Of a stretch of 64,000 nt of DNA, positions 27,021 through 37,283 are shown piece by piece. The stretch comes from Vulcanimicrobiales bacterium (GTDB taxonomy: Bacteria > Vulcanimicrobiota > Vulcanimicrobiia > Vulcanimicrobiales > Vulcanimicrobiaceae). Position 1 is the first letter of the stretch, and each line of letters opens with the position of its first letter. The notes under the pieces are model-generated. The model made no database searches and was not told the DNA's origin. It saw only the letters and a list, made by a program, of their open reading frames with translations. The DNA lies in assembly GCA_038231455.1 (NCBI GenBank), contig JBBRLI010000015.1:12148-76147 (forward strand), read 5' to 3'. Position numbers and translations under genes: made by a program.

Positions 27021-29812
27021 GAGCGGCCGAAAAGGCGCGCGAGAATTCCGGGCTTTTTGCTTTCGGTCGCGGTCCCGGCGTGCGCGATTTGCGTTTGCAT
27101 CGCGCGGTCGCGTTCGGTGCGCGCGAGACGCTGCATGTGTTCGTCAGCGTGCGTTTCAAGCGTTGCGATGAGCGCGAGGAGCTCGTTCCACGCCGCAGGC
27201 GCCCGATGTTCCTCAATCGCTTCGCGGTATTCGAGCGTCGAGACGGTAAAGATGCGCTGTGGCGTAATGCCGCGCTCGGTGAGATAGCGATCCGCGAGCA
27301 TGACAACGTTCCGCCGTTCGGTCGGCGCTTCGTTATCGGCGATCGTATGCACGAAGGTCATCGGCGTGCCGGATTCCGCGACCCGACCGTAGAGTTCGAG
27401 TTCGCGGTCGGAGAGTTGTCGCGAGAACAGTGCCAAGACTTCGCTTGCTTTCGAGGATGCGGCAAGCGCGATATCGCTTGCATGCGATGCGCCGCTATCG
27501 AATGCCGGCGCGTGCACGAGCACGAGCTGGCGCGGTAATTTCCAAGGCACCTCGATCAGGACGGGCGTTCGGGTAGCCGCGGCGCCGGCCGCCGAGAGTT
27601 CGATCGGATTCCAACCGGCGTCATCGCCAAGTTCGTAGGCGCGCGCCTCGGGGCCGTAGCGCACGTGGACCGGAAAGGCGAACTCTTCGGTGCCGCCCTC
27701 ATCGTCCAGCACGCGCGAGCCCGCAACGGCATTGATCAGCGCCGACTTGCCGCGCTTGAATGCGCCGAGCACGACGACGCGCCAGCGTTCGGGACGTAGG
27801 CCGCGCTCGTAGGTGATCGGATCGAATTGATCGGTTGCATCAGCGTGCTGCGTGCCGGCGACAAGATCGAGGGGAACGTCGGAATCCGCGCGGTCTCGAC
27901 GCTCGGCGCCGCTCGCCGCAGCGAAGCTCGTCACATCACGTTCGATCGTCGCGATCGCCTCTGCAAGCGCCGCACGCTGGGTACCGAGCGCGGCAATCGC
28001 GGCGTCGCGATCGATCCGCGCGGCGTGAGCTGCGAGTGCGCGATCGACGCTACCAATCGATTCGGTGCCAAGTCGCTCGGGGAGGACGCGCACGAGTGCG
28101 GCGAGATCTTCGTAGATGCCGCCGATACGCGCGGCAATATCGGAGAAGAACGCCGCAATCTGGGCATCGAACGCCGGGAAGAGCTCGGCAGCAAGATCCG
28201 CCTGCAATTCGCGCTTCATGTATTGGCCGGATTGTTTGGCTGCGAAACGGCGCGCGATCGAATCGACGAACGTGACGGCCGGACCGCCGATAGCACCAAG
28301 AACGATCGTGGAGCGCAACCCCGTCGCAAGATCCGCGGACCACGTCCCGGTACCGGGATCCGCATCGAAGCGCCGTGCTGCCAAATCGACGAGCGGAATG
28401 CGTTCCGCTCGTACGGCCGCGACGACCGCGCGCAGTTCGGCAAGATCGCCGGGCGCCTCGATGACCCGATGGATCGCCGCGTCCGCGGCCGTATCGAGCG
28501 TTTTTGCAACTTCGTTTGCTGCGTCGCTAGCAAAGCGCCCGACGACGGCTGCGAGCGTATCGTCAACGATGATGTGGAGCTTGCCTCGGTCGCGCAGCTT
28601 TGCGACATCCGCGGTGTCGAAAGCGCGTGCGATCGTCCGTTCGAGTTGGCGGCGCACGTCGAGGCCACGCGTCTCAACCGCCGCACGCGCCGCCGTTGCG
28701 GCTTCCAGCAAGCGCTGCGCCTCGCGCTCGCCGGCTTCATCGAGTGCCGCGAGTGCCGGTGTCAGTGCGCTGCGGCGCGACGTCAAGGCAGCGGTGTCGA
28801 GCGCGAGCGCTTCGGCATCGAGGGTGAGTGCGGTAGCGGCGCGCGCGGCGAACGTTTGCGCGGTCGCAAGCGTGCGAGCAAGTCGATCGCGCCCGGCGGT
28901 TGCGACGAGTGATGCGTCGAGAGCACTCAGGAACTCAGCGAACCGCGACTGGTTCACGAGCGTCGCGTCGCCGCGCAGCGTTCCTTCCGCGTATTCACGC
29001 GCGGAGAGTGGAAAGACGGGCGTGTGCGGTGAGTGAATTGCCGCTTGCGCGAGAATGCGCGCGCTCGCGTTCTGCCACGCCTCGCGTTCGCCTTCGCGCA
29101 TCCGCCAAAGATCGATCTTCGTCTGAACGATGAAGACGCTCTCGATATAGCGTCGCACGATTCCAAGAAACGAGGCATCGCCTTCGGTAAACGGCTGTTG
29201 CGTATCGATCAAGTAGAGAACGGCATCCGCCGTCGGGAGATACGAAAGCGTTGCCCGCCGATGGGCCGGATTGATCGAAGCAAGACCCGGCGTATCGGCA
29301 ACGACGAAGCCGTTCTTCAGAAACGGCGAATCGACGGTAACGCGTACGAGGGTTGGCGCGCCGGAATCATCACCGGTGGCATCGTGCAGTTTTGCCTCCT
29401 CGCCGACGGCGACAAAACGTGAAAGACGTCCGAGAGGAATGCGCTCCTCGCGGCCGCTTGCATAGATCGCGGTCGCGGTCTCTTCGCTTGCGTACCGCAG
29501 TTCGGTGATCGTCGCCGTCGACGGATTGATGTCCGTCGCTAAGAGGCCGACGATGCGCGAGGATCCCGCGCGCTCTTCGAACCCAATCTTCCCGAGCAGT
29601 GCGTTGAGCAAGAACGATTTGCCGCTCGAAAATTCGCCGACTACCGCGAGAACGAAAGGCGCGTTTTCAAGCCGCGTTTGAAGGGCGGATAGCGCTGCAC
29701 GGTCGGCATCGGCACCAAACCACGTTGCATGGCTCGCGCCGGCAAGCACGGCGAGTTCGCGCACGACGGCATCACGCGCGCGCGCGTAGCGGTCGAGTCC
29801 GGTTTCGCTCAC
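27017..29812 (-). CDS. Bacterial dynamin-like protein with two GTPase-type domains
   Basis: Domain 1 GEFSSGKS / NPST / DTPG / TKID; long helical region; domain 2 GAFKRGKS with HAPA and TIAD at the expected G3/G4 positions. Confidence 0.85.
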   Translation of the reverse strand: MSETGLDRYARARDAVVRELAVLAGASHATWFGADADRAALSALQTRLENAPFVLAVVGEFSSGKSFLLNALLGKIGFEERAGSSRIVGLLATDINPSTATITELRYASEETATAIYASGREERIPLGRLSRFVAVGEEAKLHDATGDDSGAPTLVRVTVDSPFLKNGFVVADTPGLASINPAHRRATLSYLPTADAVLYLIDTQQPFTEGDASFLGIVRRYIESVFIVQTKIDLWRMREGEREAWQNASARILAQAAIHSPHTPVFPLSAREYAEGTLRGDATLVNQSRFAEFLSALDASLVATAGRDRLARTLATAQTFAARAATALTLDAEALALDTAALTSRRSALTPALAALDEAGEREAQRLLEAATAARAAVETRGLDVRRQLERTIARAFDTADVAKLRDRGKLHIIVDDTLAAVVGRFASDAANEVAKTLDTAADAAIHRVIEAPGDLAELRAVVAAVRAERIPLVDLAARRFDADPGTGTWSADLATGLRSTIVLGAIGGPAVTFVDSIARRFAAKQSGQYMKRELQADLAAELFPAFDAQIAAFFSDIAARIGGIYEDLAALVRVLPERLGTESIGSVDRALAAHAARIDRDAAIAALGTQRAALAEAIATIERDVTSFAAASGAERRDRADSDVPLDLVAGTQHADATDQFDPITYERGLRPERWRVVVLGAFKRGKSALINAVAGSRVLDDEGGTEEFAFPVHVRYGPEARAYELGDDAGWNPIELSAAGAAATRTPVLIEVPWKLPRQLVLVHAPAFDSGASHASDIALAASSKASEVLALFSRQLSDRELELYGRVAESGTPMTFVHTIADNEAPTERRNVVMLADRYLTERGITPQRIFTVSTLEYREAIEEHRAPAAWNELLALIATLETHADEHMQRLARTERDRAMQTQIAHAGTATESKKPGILARLFGRS

Positions 29813-30759
29813 GCCGCGAGCGCTCGCATCAGTGCCGACGGATCGTCGGCAGAAACGAAGACCCGTTGGATGCCTTCGACCGGCTCGCGCAGATCGACGC
29901 AGACGGTCGGACTACCGAGAAGGACGAGGCACGGATTTTTTCCGGCGAGCTTGGCGAAATCCGATTTGGTGATCGACGGTGGGACAAGAGAACATGACGC
30001 GATCGATGCAAGCGGAAGTACGAACCGTCGGAACGGCCCGCACCGAAAGACCATGCGATCGCCGATAAGTTGATGTGGCCGGTTCCGAAAGAGCGCGACC
30101 AGTCCGTACGCCCAGACGAGTGTGTAGATGTGAACGGCGAGACTTCCGAGCCGCCACCAGATAGGAGCGTGCCACAGCATCAAATCGATCGCGATGAGTT
30201 CGGGGATCATGAAGAGCGGCATCGCCAAGAGAAACGGCGTGTACATCGATTGATCGTGATAGTGAAAGCCGAGGGGACGAGGCGTCCGAAAACCGCCACC
30301 TAGGTAGCGTAGCGATGAGACGACGATCATCGATTCGACAGCGAAGAAGCGCGCTAGCGCCTGCGGAGCGAATTCCGCGAAGCGCTGCGCGAGGATGTCT
30401 TCTGGCATATCGACATCATCACGCGCCGTACGATCGCGAAGGACGCTGACGATGACGTACGCGACGATGCTCAGTTCGACGAGGCCAACGAGGAGCATCA
30501 AAACAACCGGCGGCCGTCCGGACAGCGCAAATTCAAGACTCGCTGCGCATCCGATCAGCGCGAAGAACACCCGCGTCCACGGTGCTCGACCCGAGCGGGC
30601 ATGTCCGATATCGATCGTCAGTTGCGCTGCTACTGCTCCAAGGAGTGCGAATCGTCCGATGCGCGCCACACGCGGAATCGGAATGCCAAGAAGTGCGAAC
30701 CCAAAGCTCGCGCAAGCGAGGACCAGTGCCAGGACACGGATGGCGAACAGCAGCTTCAT
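29809..30759 (-). CDS. Hypothetical polytopic membrane protein with soluble C-terminal domain
   Basis: About six hydrophobic segments; 4-nt overlap with the dynamin gene. Confidence 0.75.
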   Translation of the reverse strand: MKLLFAIRVLALVLACASFGFALLGIPIPRVARIGRFALLGAVAAQLTIDIGHARSGRAPWTRVFFALIGCAASLEFALSGRPPVVLMLLVGLVELSIVAYVIVSVLRDRTARDDVDMPEDILAQRFAEFAPQALARFFAVESMIVVSSLRYLGGGFRTPRPLGFHYHDQSMYTPFLLAMPLFMIPELIAIDLMLWHAPIWWRLGSLAVHIYTLVWAYGLVALFRNRPHQLIGDRMVFRCGPFRRFVLPLASIASCSLVPPSITKSDFAKLAGKNPCLVLLGSPTVCVDLREPVEGIQRVFVSADDPSALMRALAA

Positions 30760-30772
30760 GGCCGCATCTCCG

Positions 30773-32134
30773 TTACGAGCGAATCAGCGCGAGGGCTTCG
30801 TCGCGGTGCTGCTCCATGAGGGCCTTCGTGTCTCCTTCGACGTTGAGCCGAATGAGGGGTTCGGTATTCGAGGCGCGCACGTTCATCCACCACGACGGGT
30901 AAGAAATCGTTATACCGTCGAGGTGATCGATTGTTGCATCCGCGTATTTCTTTTGCAGGAGGTCGAGTTTCGCCGGAATGTCGGCGACTTTGGAATTGAT
31001 CTCGCCCGAACGGAATCGCGTATCGATCGGTGCGATTACCTGCGAGACCGTTTCGCCATTCGTGCTCGCGCGACTAAAGAGCGCGAGGCACTGCATGAGC
31101 GCGATCATGCCGGAGTCGGCGAACCAGTTATCGCGGAAGTAGAAATGTCCGGAGTGTTCGCCGCCAAAGGGGATGTTCTGATCGCGCATCGTTTTTTTGA
31201 TGATCGAATGGCCGACTTGCGAACGCACCGGAATTCCACCGGCTTTTTCGATGGCTTCGGGCACGCTGCGGCTGCAGATCAAATTATAGAGAATTTTTTG
31301 GCCCGGATTTTTTACGAGCGTATCGACGCCGACGAGCGCCGTAACGATGCCGCCGTCGATCAAATCGCCCTTTTCATCGACGATGAACATGCGGTCGGCA
31401 TCGCCGTCGAAGGCGACCCCGAGATCGCACTTGTTCGCAAGGACGGCTTTTTGTAGATCGACCATGTTTTCGGGTTCGATCGGGCTTGCCGGATGGTTCG
31501 GGAACGTGCCGTCCAGCTCGAAAAAGAGTGGGATGACCTCGCACGGCAGATGCTTGAAGACGTAGGGGACGGTTTCGCCCGCCATACCGTTGCCTGCGTC
31601 GATCGCGATCTTGAACGGTTTGATGGCCTTGGGATCGCCGGCAAACGAAATGCAGTGGAGGGCGAAGTCTTCCAAGATATCTTTGTGCACGATCGTGCCG
31701 CGCTGCGCGACGGGTGCAGGCCAGTTGCCCTGCGCGATCCGATCGCGAATCGCTCCCAGCCCCGTCTCGAGCGAAATCGCCATCGCGCCCTCGCCGCAGA
31801 ACTTCATGCCGTTGTAGTCGGCCGGGTTATGCGATGCGGTGATCATCACGCCACCGTCGAATCCAAACTTGCCAACCGCAAAATAGAGCGCGTCGGTCGA
31901 AACGAGGCCGATTTGGGTGACGTTTGCGCCGGCGTCGTTTGCGCCACGCGAGAGCGCCGCAAGCAGGCTCTCTCCTGATGGGCGCATATCGCGCCCGATA
32001 CAGATGTTTTTCTTTCCCAGGACTTCCGGGAACGCGCGTCCGATGTCATAAGCAAGTTCGTCGTTGAGCTGCGTCGGGACGATTCCCCGCACGTCATAGC
32101 TCTTAAAAATCGAGAGATCGAGTTGCGTCGGCAT
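30773..32134 (-). CDS. Phosphomannomutase/phosphoglucomutase
   Basis: FKSYDVRG, TASHNP phosphoserine loop, FDGDADR, GEHSGH, RASNTEP. Confidence 0.95.
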   Translation of the reverse strand: MPTQLDLSIFKSYDVRGIVPTQLNDELAYDIGRAFPEVLGKKNICIGRDMRPSGESLLAALSRGANDAGANVTQIGLVSTDALYFAVGKFGFDGGVMITASHNPADYNGMKFCGEGAMAISLETGLGAIRDRIAQGNWPAPVAQRGTIVHKDILEDFALHCISFAGDPKAIKPFKIAIDAGNGMAGETVPYVFKHLPCEVIPLFFELDGTFPNHPASPIEPENMVDLQKAVLANKCDLGVAFDGDADRMFIVDEKGDLIDGGIVTALVGVDTLVKNPGQKILYNLICSRSVPEAIEKAGGIPVRSQVGHSIIKKTMRDQNIPFGGEHSGHFYFRDNWFADSGMIALMQCLALFSRASTNGETVSQVIAPIDTRFRSGEINSKVADIPAKLDLLQKKYADATIDHLDGITISYPSWWMNVRASNTEPLIRLNVEGDTKALMEQHRDEALALIRS

Positions 32135-32157
32135 ACGAAGCCGCTTCGGAGGGTCCG

Positions 32158-33120
32158 GTGGGTAAACCTACGGTTTTAGTTACGCGTAAGATTATGCAAG
32201 ATGGGGTCGATTTGCTCGCCTCCGTCTTCGACGTTGATTATAACGTCGAGGACCGGCCGTTTTCGACAAGCGAACTGATCGAGCGCGCGAAGTCAAAAGA
32301 CGCGCTGGTGACGATCTTGACCGACCGTATCGATGCAGCGGTGCTCGCGCAGTTGCCGGGTCTCAAAGTCGTCGCGAACGTCGCCGTCGGTTACGACAAC
32401 ATCGATACCGAGGCGGCGAAGAAACACAACGTCGCGGTCACCAATACGCCGGGCGTGCTCACCGAGGCGACGGCGGACTTCGCCTTTACGCTGCTGCTCG
32501 CAGCAGCGCGTCGCGTCGCAGAAGCCGACCGTTACGTGCGCGCTGGGAAATTCCATAGCTGGGAAATGATGGGTTTTCACGGCGGCGATTTAGCCGGGGC
32601 GACGCTCGGCATCGCGGGCCTGGGACGCATCGGCGCGGCCGTCGCGCGCCGCGGTCGGGGATTCGGCATGCACGTGATCTACGCCGACGAACAGCGCGCC
32701 GATTCTGCGATCGAAGTCGAACTCGGCGCGCGCTACGTCGATAAAGAGACGCTGCTGCGATCGAGTGATTACTTGAGCCTGCACGTCCCGCTCTTGCCAC
32801 AAACGCAGCACTACATCGGCGAACTCGAACTGCAAGCGATGAAGAAGACAGCGTATCTCGTCAATAGCTCGCGCGGTCCCGTCGTCGATGAAGCGGCGCT
32901 GGCGCGCGCGCTGCGCGACGGCGAGATCGCGGGCGCGGGACTCGACGTGTTCGAACGCGAGCCGCAAGTCGATCCGCTCCTGCTCACGCTCGAGAACGTG
33001 GTCCTCGCGCCGCACATCGCCTCGGCGACCGTCGCAACGCGCCGCAAAATGGCCGTCATGGCCGCCGAAAACGCGATCGCGGTCGTCGGCGGACACGAGC
33101 CGCCTAACCGCGTCGTCTAG
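32158..33120 (+). CDS. D-glycerate dehydrogenase / glyoxylate reductase (D-2-hydroxyacid dehydrogenase family)
   Basis: VGYDNID, NTPGVLT, GLGRIG, N.SRGPVVDE, LDVFEREP, PHIAS. Confidence 0.92.
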   Translation: MGKPTVLVTRKIMQDGVDLLASVFDVDYNVEDRPFSTSELIERAKSKDALVTILTDRIDAAVLAQLPGLKVVANVAVGYDNIDTEAAKKHNVAVTNTPGVLTEATADFAFTLLLAAARRVAEADRYVRAGKFHSWEMMGFHGGDLAGATLGIAGLGRIGAAVARRGRGFGMHVIYADEQRADSAIEVELGARYVDKETLLRSSDYLSLHVPLLPQTQHYIGELELQAMKKTAYLVNSSRGPVVDEAALARALRDGEIAGAGLDVFEREPQVDPLLLTLENVVLAPHIASATVATRRKMAVMAAENAIAVVGGHEPPNRVV

Positions 33121-33749
33121 GGCGCTTCGAGGTCGCGGATGGTCACGTCGGTGGCGTCCGCGATGCGCTCGGGAATGCGCAACCAAAATGGCGTCGGATC
33201 GGAGCGATCGCGCGCGCCCATGGGAATTCCGAACGCCCGCTCGCGCAGTGCGGCCCGCGCTCGGCGCGCATCGCTAAGCGTCGCGTAGCTGTTCGACGCA
33301 TCGAGAAAATCATTGCCTCGTACGACGACGACGTAGCGCAAGCGCGGTCCCGGCTCGTCGTCGAACTGAGCGACTGTTTCGAGTGTCCGCATCAGCGCTG
33401 TACGGTCGATGCCGACACGTGTGAGTGCACCTTCGAGTGATTCGTCCGCTTCTCGCGCCGCGACGACAAGCAGATCCCAAGGCGTCACGAGCACCGCGCC
33501 GCGTGCCTGGGCGTCGAGTTGCGCCCGTGTAGCGAGCGTAGCGATCTCCGCATCGTCGCTCGAGCCGCGTGCGCGCGCACAGGCCGCAAGCGCGATCGCG
33601 CGATCCGCCGCAAGAACGATCGCATCGATCCCATCCAAGCGGTCGAGGGTGGCGAAGAAGAGCGCCGGGGCGCGGTCGTGGTGCGTCGCCCAGGCGGCGG
33701 CCTTCACCAGCGCCGATGCTGCGGTCCGCCCGAACGGCGGCAACATCAT
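33117..33749 (-). CDS. Hypothetical protein with a Clp N-terminal repeat-like segment
   Basis: AQARGAVLVTPWDLLVVAARE...ALTRVGIDRTAL resembles a Clp_N repeat; no AAA+ domain. Confidence 0.5.
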   Translation of the reverse strand: MMLPPFGRTAASALVKAAAWATHHDRAPALFFATLDRLDGIDAIVLAADRAIALAACARARGSSDDAEIATLATRAQLDAQARGAVLVTPWDLLVVAAREADESLEGALTRVGIDRTALMRTLETVAQFDDEPGPRLRYVVVVRGNDFLDASNSYATLSDARRARAALRERAFGIPMGARDRSDPTPFWLRIPERIADATDVTIRDLEAP

Positions 33750-34703
33750 TTACGCCACGCTAGCGGTGGTCTTCGCCAAAAACGATTCGATCGCGGTGGC
33801 CATCGCCTCGGGTTCTTCTTCGTGCGGAACCAGACCGGAGTTCGCGAAGGTCGCAAGGGTCGCGCGCTGCGCGAGCTTCACGAAATCGTGCGCTTTCGTT
33901 ACGGGGCTGATCGACGATGCTTTTTCGCCCCAGGCGACCAGAATCGGTGAGTCGACGAATGGGAGGTCGCGCGCGACCCCGCAGTTGAGTCCGCCGCCGA
34001 CGAACGCTGCCGGCACGAAACGCGACCCGGGTTGGTGCGTGACGGCGTAATAATGATCGAGCACCTCCGGTGTGATTGAAGCCGGATCGGCATACGACTG
34101 ATTAGTAAGAAACCACTTGAGCGACGGCTTCGAAGCAAGTCCATTGAAGAAGGCCTCTCCGAGCAGCGGCGAGCGGATCATTCCGGTAAGTCCCGCTTGT
34201 ACGGCGTTGGGCTGCTCGTCCAAGATTCCGAGACCCGTCGGGCAGATCACGACAAGATGCTTGACCCGGTCAAGGGCCCGCGAGGTCGCGCGAATCGCAA
34301 ACGCTCCGCCAAGCGACGAGCCAACAAGCGTGGTTGGTTCTGCGCCGAAAACGCCGAGCGAATCGACGATCTGCTCGACGAAGAGTTCGGCGGAGTACGG
34401 AATGTTCGGCCGATCCGAGAGCCCGCAACCGAGCAGATCGAAGGCCACGACGTGGTGATTCTGCGCGAGCAGCGGAAAGAGCTTACGGTATTCGTATGAT
34501 GAAGCTCCCGCGTAGACACCGTGCACGAGGATTACTAAGGGACCGCTTCCCGCCTCGGTCGCGAAGATGTCATAGCCGCGCCACGTCCAGCGATGCTGCG
34601 TGCCGCCGAGATGATTTTGCGGGAGAGGGCCCTGGCGTAAACCGCGGTTCATCGCGGCGACGGCACCCGTGAGGCCCGCTCCGGCGACGATCGGCCGCAG
34701 CAT
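33750..34703 (-). CDS. Alpha/beta fold hydrolase
   Basis: LVHG, FDLLGCGLSD, GSSLG nucleophile elbow; hydrophobic N-terminus. Confidence 0.9.
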   Translation of the reverse strand: MLRPIVAGAGLTGAVAAMNRGLRQGPLPQNHLGGTQHRWTWRGYDIFATEAGSGPLVILVHGVYAGASSYEYRKLFPLLAQNHHVVAFDLLGCGLSDRPNIPYSAELFVEQIVDSLGVFGAEPTTLVGSSLGGAFAIRATSRALDRVKHLVVICPTGLGILDEQPNAVQAGLTGMIRSPLLGEAFFNGLASKPSLKWFLTNQSYADPASITPEVLDHYYAVTHQPGSRFVPAAFVGGGLNCGVARDLPFVDSPILVAWGEKASSISPVTKAHDFVKLAQRATLATFANSGLVPHEEEPEAMATAIESFLAKTTASVA

Positions 34704-34815
34704 CCGTTTTAACAATCGAGCCCCCTGAAGATATGGTGACGATGTCGAGTTCGGCAGCGCCCGCGCTAGACATTCGTCCATAGTCGCGCTTTCTGAATCC
34801 GCGTATGCTTGGTTC

Positions 34816-34938
34816 ATGGAATTTGCATTCGCTCTCGCCTCCTTTGTCGCGCTGATGGTAGCGTGGCTCGTGATGCCGGGTTCGCGTAAAGCGTCCGACA
34901 TTTCACTCGCCCCGGAAGCGCTTCGACAAACTGCCTAA
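34816..34938 (+). CDS. 40-aa single-TM small protein (uORF of amtB), probably leaderless
   Basis: MEFAFALASFVALMVAWLVMPGSRKASDISLAPEALRQTA; TATGCT 6 nt upstream of ATG; below the ORF-track size cutoff. Confidence 0.65.
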   Translation: MEFAFALASFVALMVAWLVMPGSRKASDISLAPEALRQTA

Positions 34939-35080
34939 CTTCGTCGAACTACCGATCCGTCGGTAGCGAAGTTTCCTAACCATTCATCCCTCACCTCAGG
35001 CGTGAGGGATGAATGATCTTGGTCGTTCTTGCGACCGCCTAACGCCAGCCGATGCTTACGAGCATCGGTCTTTCTTCTTA
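34934..35080 (+). ncRNA. Candidate cis-regulatory structured RNA leader of amtB (4 hairpins, 3 CCTAAC repeats)
   Basis: Stems 34937-34973, 34981-35015 (perfect 14 bp), 35021-35036, 35048-35069; CCTAAC at 34934, 34975 and 35038. Confidence 0.6.
35048..35080 (+). terminator. Putative intrinsic terminator/attenuator just upstream of amtB
   Basis: GCCGATGCT-TACG-AGCATCGGT followed by pyrimidine-rich CTTTCTTCTT; SD GGAG at 35084. Confidence 0.55.
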
Positions 35081-35091
35081 CGTGGAGTACG

Positions 35092-36330
<1,239 letters not shown>

Positions 36331-36356
36331 TCGGCGTCGTCGAACGCTAATCGTCG

Positions 36357-36390
36357 AGAGGTCCGGCTTTGGCCGGGCCTCTTCTCGTTT
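36357..36390 (+). terminator. Probable rho-independent terminator after amtB
   Basis: AGAGGTCCGGC-TTTG-GCCGGGCCTCT 11-bp stem followed by TCTCGTTT. Confidence 0.65.
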
Positions 36391-36432
36391 GCAAGGAGCA
36401 CTCGGGCACCGCAGCGCACGTCTTGGCTTGAG

Positions 36433-36879
36433 ATGAATCGACGGAGATTCGGCCTACTCGCGGTGGGGACGCTGATCCTCACCTGCAGTCTCGCACCAGG
36501 CGCGGCACGCGCAGCCGAGCCGTGTTCGGTGACGGCCGGTCAGCCGGTGGTGCTGATGTCAAGCGAGCTTGACCCCGATGTCTTCGTCTGGGACGCGCGT
36601 CAACGCGCAACGGACTACGTAGGCGGTTACTATAAGAGCGCAAACGACGTTATGGTGCACACGATGATCTCCAAGCCCGGCACACGGGCGCTCGTTGTTT
36701 CTTGTATCCGCGGCGGTGCGCAAGCGAAATTCACCAAGCGTCCCGTGGACGTGATCGGCCTGAAGATCCTCACCGGTCCCGATCGCGGCCGCTACGGTTG
36801 GGTAACGGCAGAGGACGTGCACGTCCCGCAATCGGCGTCCACGCTAACCGCCGTCAAAGGCTCGCCGCCACAGCCCTAG
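36433..36879 (+). CDS. Hypothetical exported protein with Tat-like signal
   Basis: MNRRRFGLL...ARA; C-terminal GRYGWV recalls SH3-like domains. Confidence 0.7.
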   Translation: MNRRRFGLLAVGTLILTCSLAPGAARAAEPCSVTAGQPVVLMSSELDPDVFVWDARQRATDYVGGYYKSANDVMVHTMISKPGTRALVVSCIRGGAQAKFTKRPVDVIGLKILTGPDRGRYGWVTAEDVHVPQSASTLTAVKGSPPQP

Positions 36880-36906
36880 GCACCGACGTTTCCGGTCGAG
36901 TTTCGG

Positions 36907-37278
36907 TCACGAAGCCAGAGGCGTATCGTCCAGTGGATTGATCGCAACGATGGAGAGGACGCGCACGAGTCCGGTAATCGTGAAGAGTTTGACGATGCGC
37001 GGATTTACGCAAACGACCTGAAAGGTGCCGCCGCGCTCCTGCAGCGCGCGGTGTAACCGCAATAGGCTCGTCAGTCCGGTGGAATCGACCATCGTCGCGC
37101 CATTGAGATCCACGGCGAGGTGCTGCGTATCCGACTCGACACATGCGAGCAGCGTTGATTCGAACGCCGGAACGGAAGCAATATCGAGATCACCGGCGAC
37201 GAGCGCGTGAACGGCGTTCGGGGTATGCCGCACGAGGGTCATCGAAAACGACGACGCGGTCAGGGTGCGCTTAGCCAA
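36907..37278 (-). CDS. STAS-domain anti-sigma factor antagonist (RsbV/SpoIIAA-like)
   Basis: GDLDIA, VDL...TMVDSTGL phosphoserine motif, LFTITGL; GGAGG 6 nt before TTG. Confidence 0.9.
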   Translation of the reverse strand: MAKRTLTASSFSMTLVRHTPNAVHALVAGDLDIASVPAFESTLLACVESDTQHLAVDLNGATMVDSTGLTSLLRLHRALQERGGTFQVVCVNPRIVKLFTITGLVRVLSIVAINPLDDTPLAS

Positions 37279-37283
37279 CGTGT

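Noticed and set aside
34704-34901. N-terminal extension of the hydrolase in the ORF track (likewise amtB 35029, hflX 41844, nuoM 57523, nuoN 59289, livM 6897)
   Set aside because: Extensions overlap other genes or regulatory elements; downstream starts fit family N-termini, SD sites or stop/start overlaps.
34934-35043. CRISPR-like array (repeat plus unique spacers)
   Set aside because: Repeat is only 6 nt, spacing is unequal (41 and 63 nt), spacers are self-complementary and no cas genes are present.
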